A stretch of 27,889 nt of DNA from a bacterium. GTDB taxonomy: Bacteria; JAHJDO01. This document shows positions 1 through 7,279 of this stretch, in pieces. Where the stretch lies: the NCBI GenBank assembly GCA_043824255.1, contig JBDRTG010000042.1:1-27889 (forward strand), given 5' to 3'. Position 1 is the first letter of the stretch. The number at the start of each line of letters is the position of its first letter. The notes beneath the pieces are model-generated. The model did not search any database, was not told the origin of the DNA, and worked only from the letters and a program-made list of their open reading frames with translations. The translations under genes and the position numbers were made by a program.

Positions 1-14
1 GCTTCGACGCCGGC

Positions 15-54
15 GGCTGAAGGAAGTTCTCTCCCCCCAGAACTTCCTTCAGCC
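15..54. other. Perfect 16-bp inverted repeat (hairpin) with C-rich 8-nt loop
   Basis: GGCTGAAGGAAGTTCT (15-30) / loop CTCCCCCC / AGAACTTCCTTCAGCC (39-54). No clean U-tract follows on either strand; function (terminator or ncRNA) unresolved. Confidence 0.6.
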
Positions 55-158
55 TCTTCCATGTCTTTCTTCCAAAACATTCTAACTTCCTTATATCTCT
101 TCTTTCTGGGGGTGGGTCACGATGTACCTGTCCATTTCCAAAAATCGCAACGTTTTGA

Positions 159-187
159 TTGTAGAATTGTAGCTTATATTGTAGAAT
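159..187 (+). promoter_or_regulatory. Putative sigma70 promoter for truA-dnaE
   Basis: TTGTAG (159-164), 17-nt spacer, TAGAAT (182-187), 8 nt before the truA ATG. Confidence 0.4.
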
Positions 188-195
188 AATAGGTA

Positions 196-975
196 ATGAA
201 AAACATAAAAACTACACTTGCTTATGATGGGACTAATTATCACGGCTGGCAGATTCAACCGAATGGGATTACAGTTCAATCAGTTATAGAAAAAAGTCTT
301 GAAAAACTATTTAATAGAAAAATAAAAGTAGTAGGGCAGGGGAGAACAGATACAGGCGTTCATGCCATTGGCCAGGTAGCAAGTTTTAAAATACCTAGTA
401 TTGCATTGAAAAATATAGCAATTTCTCAGATTAAGAATGCCTTAAATGCTGTTTTGCCCCAAGATGTTGCTGTAATGGACGTAGAATCTGTTTCTTTGGA
501 CTTTCACCCAAGATTTGATGCTAAGGATAGGATATATCGCTATATTGTGTATAATGATAGAAATAAACAGGTTTTTGGGCGAAATTTTTTCTATAGTTAC
601 CAGTATAAGTTGAATTTATCCAAAATGCGCGAAGGAGCGAAATATCTGGTTGGAGAACATGATTTCAGTTCATTTCAATGCAAAAAAACGGATAACGAAA
701 ATCCTGTGCGCACAATAAAAAAACTTACTATTGCTAGAAGAGATTTTGTTGCATCAAATTTCCTGAAATTGAAGAATAAAGCGGTTGTTTTTGATGTTAC
801 AGCGAATGCGTTTTTGTATAACATGGTTAGAATTATTGTGGGAACATTGCTTGATGTAGGAAGGTGTCGTATTGAATCCCAAAATATTAAGGAAATTCTT
901 GCAGGTGGAGATAGAAACCTTGCAGGAGAAACAGTCCCTGCCTGTGGACTGTTTCTTATCGCTGTGCATTATTAA
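196..975 (+). CDS. truA: tRNA pseudouridine(38-40) synthase TruA
   Basis: AYDGTNYHGWQIQ, catalytic GRTDTGVHA, FHPRFDA, GEHDFSSF, NAFLYNMVRIIVG, GLFL motifs. Confidence 0.97.
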   Translation: MKNIKTTLAYDGTNYHGWQIQPNGITVQSVIEKSLEKLFNRKIKVVGQGRTDTGVHAIGQVASFKIPSIALKNIAISQIKNALNAVLPQDVAVMDVESVSLDFHPRFDAKDRIYRYIVYNDRNKQVFGRNFFYSYQYKLNLSKMREGAKYLVGEHDFSSFQCKKTDNENPVRTIKKLTIARRDFVASNFLKLKNKAVVFDVTANAFLYNMVRIIVGTLLDVGRCRIESQNIKEILAGGDRNLAGETVPACGLFLIAVHY

Positions 976-995
976 ATTAGGATTAAGGATTAAGT
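974..995. repeat. GGATTAA heptamer-based short repeat (copy 1)
   Basis: AAATTAGGATTAAGGATTAAGT; 21/22 identical to 20076-20097. Confidence 0.6.
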
Positions 996-1001
996 ATAAG
1001 T

Positions 1002-4000
1002 ATGAAACATTCAAATTTTGTCCACCTTCATAATCATACTCAATACAGCTTGCTTGACGGAGCATGTCGTATAAAGGATATAATATCTTCTGCGCATGAG
1101 TTCAAAATGCCAGCCTTAGCTATTACTGACCATGGAAATATGTTTGGAGCCATAGAATTTTATGATGAGGCAATGAAGCATGGGATTAAACCAATTGTTG
1201 GATATGAAGCATATGTTGCCCCTGGAAATAGAAAAGAAAGGGCGTTGCATGGGATAAAAGAAGCTGCCTTTCACCTCACACTTCTTGCTGCTAATGAAGA
1301 TGGATATAAGAACCTTATGAAACTTGCAACGATTGCCTATCTTGAGGGATTTTATTATAAGCCACGCATTGATAAACAGGTTTTATCGGAACATTCAAAA
1401 GGCATAATTGGCCTCAGTGGTTGCATGAAAGGGGAAATTCCCCATCTTATACTCATTGACCAGTTGGATGCCGCAGAAAAACTTATTTCTGAATATCAGG
1501 ATATACTTGGTAAAGACAATTTTTATCTGGAATTGCAGGACCATGGTATTGAAGAACAAATAAAGATTAATAGAGAGCTTATATCATTCAGCAAAACATT
1601 GAATATCCCGGTAGTGGCAACGAATGATTGCCATTATATTAAGAGACATGATGGAATTTCACATGAGGCATTATTGTGCATTCAAACAGGCACAACGCTG
1701 GATGATCCTAAGCGGATGCGTTTTTCAGGTGAAGAATTCTATTTTAAATCTGCTGATGAAATGAAGAAACTCTTTAATGAGACCCCTGAGGCGATTCTTA
1801 ATACAATTGAAATTGCAGAAAAATGTAATTTAGAGCTGGATTTTTCTAAGAAATATCTTCCGCATTTTAAGGTTCCAAAAGAAAGCAGCCCTCATAGTTA
1901 TCTTGAGAGATTAGCCAAAGAAGGCTGTAAGAAACGATTTCAAGACGTTACTAAAGAAATAACTGACAGGCTTGAATATGAGCTAAGCGTTATAAGTAAA
2001 ATGAATTATGCAAGTTATTTTCTTATTGTATGGGATTTTATACAGTATGCTAAGAATAAAGGGATAGCAGTTGGTCCTGGCAGGGGCTCATCTGCAGGAA
2101 GTCTGGTTGCATATTGTCTGGACATTACAAATATTGATCCTCTTAAATATGGTCTAATATTTGAGCGATTTTTAAATCCAGACCGTATAAGTCTACCTGA
2201 TATAGACATAGATTTTTGTTATGAAAGACGTGGGGAAGTAATAGAGTATGTTGTAAAAAAATATGGAAGAGAGAATGTAGCGCAGATTGCAACGTTTGGA
2301 ACAATGGCAGCCAGAGCAGTTATCAGGGATGTTGGCAGAGTTTTGAATATGCCTTATGCAGAAGTGGATAAAATTGCAAAAATGATACCTTCTGGACCTA
2401 ATATTTCTTTAAAGAGTGCTATGGAGACGCAAAAAGAGATTCCAGAGCTGGTAGAGAAGAATGAACAGGTAAAGACATTAATGGAGATTGCTAAGTCCCT
2501 GGAAGGGCTGGCGAGACATGTTTCAACTCATGCTGCAGGAGTTGTTATTTCAGAAGGGGCTCTTACTAATTTTACACCCTTGTTCAGGAGTAATAAAACA
2601 GAGATAAGCACTCAATATGGTATGAACTCATTAGAAAAAATAGGTCTGTTAAAGATGGATTTTCTTGGACTCAAGACATTGACTGTTATTCAGAACACAG
2701 TTGCTCTTATAGAACAATACTATGACAAAAAGATTGAAACTGACAAATTGCCTTTAGATGATAAAAATACTTTTTCATTGCTGATTTCTAAAGGGAAGAC
2801 CATAGGTGTGTTCCAACTGGAAAGTCCTGGAATGCGCGACCTTTCAAGAAAGCTAAGACCTGAATCTTTTAATGATTTGGTCCCTCTCGTTTCTTTATTC
2901 AGACCAGGGCCTATGCAAGGAGGAGCGTTAGACACTTTTGTGAAGAGAAGACACAGCAAGAGTCCTATAAAATATGAACATCCTATTTTAGAGCCCATAT
3001 TGAAAGAGACGTATGGAGTTATACTTTATCAGGAACAGGTAATAAAAATAGCAAATGAGCTTGCTGGTTTTTCTATGAGTGAATCAGATACATTGCGTAG
3101 GATTATGGGTAAAAAAGGCATAATGGATGATAAACAAAGAAATGCGTTTATCTCAGGTGCTATTAAAAAAGGGGTAAAAGAAGAAATAGCCTCTAAAATT
3201 TTTGATTTAATAGCATATTTTGCAGGATATGGATTTAATAAGTCTCATAGCGCTGCATATGCAATGATTGCTTTCCAAACAGCATATTTTAAGGCAAATT
3301 ATCCCGTTGCGTTCATGACAGCTCTTCTAAACAGTGAATTGCAAAATACAGATAAGGTCGTATTGTATATAAGTGAGTGCAACGATATGAAAATCAAAGT
3401 ATTGACCCCTGATATTAATAAAAGTTATGCTAAATTCACAATAGAGGGGAAGAATATTCGTTTTGGTTTGGCGGCAATAAAAAACGTTGGCGAGGCAGCT
3501 ATAAATTCTATCATTAAAATAAGGCAGGAGCAAGGTGATTTTAAATCTCTATATAATTTCTGTGAACATGTTAATCTGCGCACAGCAAACAGAAGAGTAA
3601 TAGAAAGTTTAATAAAGGCTGGTACGTTCAATTTTGGCAGACTGAGAGCTCAGCTTATGCATACGTTGGACCATGCAATTGAAGTCGGTCAACAGATACA
3701 AAAAGATACCCGGAGTGGACAGACTCTATTTTTTGATGTATTTGAATCACAAAAGGAATTTCGTGAAGACGTTCATAAGTTTGCAGACGTAGAAGAATGG
3801 ACGGAAAGCAAGCTCCTTGCGTATGAAAAAGAAGTACTAGGCTTCTATGTTAGTGGACATCCATTAGCAAAGCATGGAGATACTCTTAAATCCTTTACAA
3901 CAGCATCAAATACGCTTGTTTCTGAGCATCAGGATGGTGACGATATATATATAGGTGGCATAATAAATACAGTGAAAGGGATCCTCACCAAAAAAGATAA

Positions 4001-4442
4001 AAAGCGTATGTGTGCATTTACCTTGGAAGACATGCAAGGAACAATAAGCATTCTGGTTTATCCTGCTGTGTTTGGGAAATTTGATAATCTTATTGAAGTG
4101 GACAAATTATTACTTGTAAAGGGAAGGCTTGATCTCAGAGAGGATCAGCCAAAGGTAATTGCGTCGGATATCATCTCGCTTTCAGAAGCAGAGGAAAAAC
4201 TGACAAAAGCTATACATCTCAGACTTATAAGTACAGGCCTTGATGAGCAAACACTTCAAAAATTAAAAGATTTATTAGCTAAATACCCAGGGAAGGCTAC
4301 TGTTTATTTACAGGTGGTAATACCTCAATCCGGAGAGGTAACTATGTTGGCTGATCCAAAAATCCATATATCTCCACAAAAGGACTTGCTTATTAAATTA
4401 CGGCATCTTATTGGGCAAGAGGCAGTTAGACTAAGTTTGTAA
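1002..4442 (+). CDS. dnaE: DNA polymerase III alpha subunit (DnaE1-type)
   Basis: PHP domain HLHNHTQYSLLDG/TDHG; GPGRGSSAGSLVAY; PDIDIDF catalytic motif; STHAAG; LLKMDFLGL; YGFNKSH; C-terminal OB fold. 1146 aa with no intein-sized insertion. Confidence 0.98.
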   Translation: MKHSNFVHLHNHTQYSLLDGACRIKDIISSAHEFKMPALAITDHGNMFGAIEFYDEAMKHGIKPIVGYEAYVAPGNRKERALHGIKEAAFHLTLLAANEDGYKNLMKLATIAYLEGFYYKPRIDKQVLSEHSKGIIGLSGCMKGEIPHLILIDQLDAAEKLISEYQDILGKDNFYLELQDHGIEEQIKINRELISFSKTLNIPVVATNDCHYIKRHDGISHEALLCIQTGTTLDDPKRMRFSGEEFYFKSADEMKKLFNETPEAILNTIEIAEKCNLELDFSKKYLPHFKVPKESSPHSYLERLAKEGCKKRFQDVTKEITDRLEYELSVISKMNYASYFLIVWDFIQYAKNKGIAVGPGRGSSAGSLVAYCLDITNIDPLKYGLIFERFLNPDRISLPDIDIDFCYERRGEVIEYVVKKYGRENVAQIATFGTMAARAVIRDVGRVLNMPYAEVDKIAKMIPSGPNISLKSAMETQKEIPELVEKNEQVKTLMEIAKSLEGLARHVSTHAAGVVISEGALTNFTPLFRSNKTEISTQYGMNSLEKIGLLKMDFLGLKTLTVIQNTVALIEQYYDKKIETDKLPLDDKNTFSLLISKGKTIGVFQLESPGMRDLSRKLRPESFNDLVPLVSLFRPGPMQGGALDTFVKRRHSKSPIKYEHPILEPILKETYGVILYQEQVIKIANELAGFSMSESDTLRRIMGKKGIMDDKQRNAFISGAIKKGVKEEIASKIFDLIAYFAGYGFNKSHSAAYAMIAFQTAYFKANYPVAFMTALLNSELQNTDKVVLYISECNDMKIKVLTPDINKSYAKFTIEGKNIRFGLAAIKNVGEAAINSIIKIRQEQGDFKSLYNFCEHVNLRTANRRVIESLIKAGTFNFGRLRAQLMHTLDHAIEVGQQIQKDTRSGQTLFFDVFESQKEFREDVHKFADVEEWTESKLLAYEKEVLGFYVSGHPLAKHGDTLKSFTTASNTLVSEHQDGDDIYIGGIINTVKGILTKKDKKRMCAFTLEDMQGTISILVYPAVFGKFDNLIEVDKLLLVKGRLDLREDQPKVIASDIISLSEAEEKLTKAIHLRLISTGLDEQTLQKLKDLLAKYPGKATVYLQVVIPQSGEVTMLADPKIHISPQKDLLIKLRHLIGQEAVRLSL

Positions 4443-4539
4443 CACTTGTTCTTATCATTTCCATATTGAGAAACTCTGAATTACCACGAGAATTCCATTT
4501 TTAATTAGAATTTAGACCCCAGAGACGCAAACCGCAAGA

Positions 4540-4841
4540 AAACATCCATTATATTGGTTAGTTAAGAGCGCTAAATTTTTATAACTCCTTATTGTTAAGA
4601 GAGTTACGAATAAAAAAAGTTTCGTAATATTAACTTCACAAACTCAAAAATATTAGCTAACTTCTTTATTTTCAAAGAGTTAGAGATTATTTTATCATTA
4701 ATATTCAGTGTCGCATAAGATATCTTATGTAAACTAATGGAGGAATATTCAAAGAGAAAGCTTTTTGTTTGCATTGCAAGATAATAACATAAAGTAATAT
4801 TTTAACTCAAAATACATAACATACCTAATTTCAATATGTTA
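4540..4841. repeat. Dispersed 25-bp palindromic motifs TAAC-N17-GTTA (3 good copies, 1 degenerate)
   Basis: 4582-4606 TAACTCCTTATTGTTAAGAGAGTTA; 4658-4682 TAACTTCTTTATTTTCAAAGAGTTA; 4817-4841 TAACATACCTAATTTCAATATGTTA; degenerate 4540-4564 AAACATCCATTATATTGGTTAGTTA. Confidence 0.65.
4708..4735 (+). other. dif-like chromosome dimer resolution site (XerC/XerD)
   Basis: GTGTCGCATAA-GATATC-TTATGTAAACT, 11+6+11 architecture. Left arm resembles the E. coli XerC arm (GGTGCGCATAA); right arm matches the B. subtilis dif arm TTATGTAAACT as I recall it. Lies in a long AT-rich intergenic region between convergent genes. Confidence 0.85.
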
Positions 4842-5131
4842 GATACTGAGAACTATCTTGTTATCCTATAATTAAAATCTCTCTCACTGTCTTTTTCTAG
4901 CAAGAATATACTAATTTGAAACGGAATTATGAATAGAACATAAAAAATAAGAAGTAATGCCTATTTGTATATTTCCCCTGATATTAACCTGACGTTCTTA
5001 TGGATTTTAGGTAGCGATACAAATTAGGGTGTTTTTAGCTAGATTTGTCTTAAAGAGGTGTTTTGGTATGTCTTATTGGGTATTTTTGCCTTTAAAACGG
5101 CGATTTTAAGGAGGAATTCTATTGATCTATT

Positions 5132-6007
5132 TCACATCGTATGGTTTTTCTCGAACTTTCCAGGCGAGATGTCTGCTATTTTTTTAAAAGTACGCATAAA
5201 GAGGAATACATCATTATATCCTGTTTGCTGAGCGATTTGTTTTAGCGGTAGTTTTTTCTCCAGAATCAGAGCCTTAGCTTTTGATATCCTTTTGTATGTT
5301 ATAAATTCCTTAATAGAAAATCCAGTATCTCTTCTAAAAAGACGTCTTAAGTGTGTGTAACTGGCTGCAAATCTTTTTGCCACTTCGGGCGGTTTTATGT
5401 TCTCATGACAGTGTTCTGTAAGGTACTGTGTAACTCGCAAAATAAGATTCTTATGCCTATGTTGGGCAGGCGTAAAGTTCCTGTGCTTATAAAGCTCCAT
5501 GATCAATGCAGTCATATTTGCACTTCGTTCAAGATGGCTGGCTGTATCATCTCTTTCCATAAGCACTTGCATTTTCTTAAAAGTTTGATAGACAATACAT
5601 TCTTGGTCGTAAATCACAGGATTTTTGGGATTCATATAGCCTAGATTCTCGTATGTCTTACATAAGGGTCCATCAAATACTATCCAGCATGTTGCCCACT
5701 TGCCCTTTATGCTGCTGTAGGTATGAGGAACATTCGGGAAAAGAAAAAAGCTGTCTCCTGTTTTCAGCCTGATTTTTCCTGTTAAAGGAGAAATTAAGTA
5801 GCCTCTTCCCAGTTCAACATGCAGGACAGCATAAAGCCCGAGAATACGCATGGGTTTGTTTCTGGAATATTCGCTAGCAGAACCGATTCTATCTATCCAT
5901 AACTGCAGTTTTTTTTCAGTGCTGGATGGTGTCCTGAATTTTTCAGACCTAAATGGTGGGATTTTTAGTATGGACAAAATATCCATATTTTTGGTCACTT
6001 TATCCAT
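5132..6007 (-). CDS. AraC-family transcriptional regulator (start may be 5986)
   Basis: N-terminal cupin-like ligand domain (GDSFFLFPNVPHTY, W..CWIVFDG); C-terminal double HTH (SYTHLRRLFRRDTGFS, LKQIAQQTGYNDVFLFMRTFKKIADISP). Confidence 0.93.
   Translation of the reverse strand: MDKVTKNMDILSILKIPPFRSEKFRTPSSTEKKLQLWIDRIGSASEYSRNKPMRILGLYAVLHVELGRGYLISPLTGKIRLKTGDSFFLFPNVPHTYSSIKGKWATCWIVFDGPLCKTYENLGYMNPKNPVIYDQECIVYQTFKKMQVLMERDDTASHLERSANMTALIMELYKHRNFTPAQHRHKNLILRVTQYLTEHCHENIKPPEVAKRFAASYTHLRRLFRRDTGFSIKEFITYKRISKAKALILEKKLPLKQIAQQTGYNDVFLFMRTFKKIADISPGKFEKNHTM
5971..6007. promoter_or_regulatory. Tandem direct repeat with 21-bp period; putative AraC-type operator
   Basis: TGGACAAAATATCCAT (5971-5986) and TGGTCACTTTATCCAT (5992-6007). 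Confidence 0.6.
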
Positions 6008-6114
6008 TGTATTTCCTGTTACTTTGAACTAACTTCTATATTTAGAACAAACTTGCGACTTTGTCAAACTGAAAATAAAAAGGATAAAAAGAACATAATG
6101 GATAGGAGGTAAGG

Positions 6115-7260
6115 ATGAAAACAATGACAAAACGTGAAAGATATCTGAATACACTGCTTTTTAAGGATGTAGATAGGATTCCTTTTACCCCAGGTGGACC
6201 ACGTGAATCTACACTGAAAAGGTGGCATAAAGAGGGTCTAGCCAAAAATAAAAATTATCTATATGCTGTGAGTGAAAAGATTGGCATAAAGTTGGATGCT
6301 TCCCAGAATAAGCGGCATGTGAGTGTTGGTGTTTCTTTTAAGATGATCCCTGCATTTGAAGAAAAAGTGCTTGAACATAAAGACGGCCATTACATTGTTC
6401 AGGACTGGATGGGAAATATCACTGAGATATCAGACAAATATGATTATACGTATATTCGCCGTGCCAAGGATTTTGTTACCCGCAGATGGCTTAAGTTCCC
6501 GGTTGAGGACCGTAAAAGTTGGGAGGATATGAAAAAAAGGTATAATTCGCAAACAACAGGCAGGTTTCCAGATGATTTCAACGAACGGTGCAAGAAATTA
6601 GGAGATAGAGATTACCCTGTCGGCATCTCCTTCCCAGGCCCGTTCTGGCAGTTACGTGAATGGTGTGGATTTGAGCCGCTGTGTATTCTCATGATAGAAG
6701 ATCCTGAGTTCGTTATGGATATGATTAATTTCTGGAGGGATTTTGTTGTCAGAACTATGGAGCCAATTCTTGAAAAGGTTAAGCTTGATTTTGTCTGGAT
6801 GTCTGAGGATATGGCATACAAAGCGCACAGTATGATTTCCCCTGAAATGACACGCAGGTTTCTGCTTCCTGTTTATCAGAAATGGATTCCTTTGATAAAG
6901 CAGAGCGGATGTCCCATTGTTGGCATGGATTCCGATGGATATGTTGGTGAACTGATACCTATCTGGATTGAAGCGGGTATTAATTGCTGTGATCCTATAG
7001 AAGTTGCTGCGCATAACGATATTGTCAGCTATCGTCAGAAATTTGCGAAACAGATGGCGTTCAAAGGCGGTGTTGATAAACGTGCTATCGCAAAAGGTGG
7101 AGATACCATTAAGAGTGAGCTTGAACGCATTATTCCACCCCTGTTCAAGGATGGTGGGTATATACCTAGTTGTGACCATGGAGTACCTCATGATATTTCG
7201 TGGCAAAACTTTGTTTATTACTGCAGGCTGCTGGCTGAATATACAGGATGGTTGGAATAA
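6115..7260 (+). CDS. Uroporphyrinogen decarboxylase / methylcobamide methyltransferase superfamily protein (URO-D-like, function unknown)
   Basis: MTKRERY..TL.F..VDRIP N-terminus; EDMAYK..SMISP; MDSDG; FKGGVDKR; GGYIPSCDHGVP. SD GGAGGT upstream. Lacks the HemE MRQAGR motif. Confidence 0.85.
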   Translation: MKTMTKRERYLNTLLFKDVDRIPFTPGGPRESTLKRWHKEGLAKNKNYLYAVSEKIGIKLDASQNKRHVSVGVSFKMIPAFEEKVLEHKDGHYIVQDWMGNITEISDKYDYTYIRRAKDFVTRRWLKFPVEDRKSWEDMKKRYNSQTTGRFPDDFNERCKKLGDRDYPVGISFPGPFWQLREWCGFEPLCILMIEDPEFVMDMINFWRDFVVRTMEPILEKVKLDFVWMSEDMAYKAHSMISPEMTRRFLLPVYQKWIPLIKQSGCPIVGMDSDGYVGELIPIWIEAGINCCDPIEVAAHNDIVSYRQKFAKQMAFKGGVDKRAIAKGGDTIKSELERIIPPLFKDGGYIPSCDHGVPHDISWQNFVYYCRLLAEYTGWLE

Positions 7261-7279
7261 TTAATATGAGATATATAAC

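Noticed and set aside
91..3631. Short minus-strand ORFs overlapping truA and dnaE (91-279, 754-1065, 2015-2209, 2720-2998, 3327-3533, 3425-3631)
   Set aside because: Antisense shadows of conserved genes, with no recognisable motifs.
1002..4442. Possible intein or split in dnaE
   Set aside because: Length is normal and motifs are contiguous; no intein-sized insertion or C-terminal HN-C/S/T junction seen.
4443..5131. CRISPR array, tRNA or small CDS in the long intergenic region
   Set aside because: Repeats are degenerate and irregularly spaced, there is no cloverleaf or T-loop signature, and no ORF of 60 aa or more.
6039..6067. araC promoter based on a perfect minus-strand TTGACA (6062-6067)
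   Set aside because: No convincing TANNNT at 16-18 nt spacing, so not called as a feature.
6115..7260. Calling this gene hemE
   Set aside because: Lacks the HemE MRQAGR signature and any tetrapyrrole gene context.
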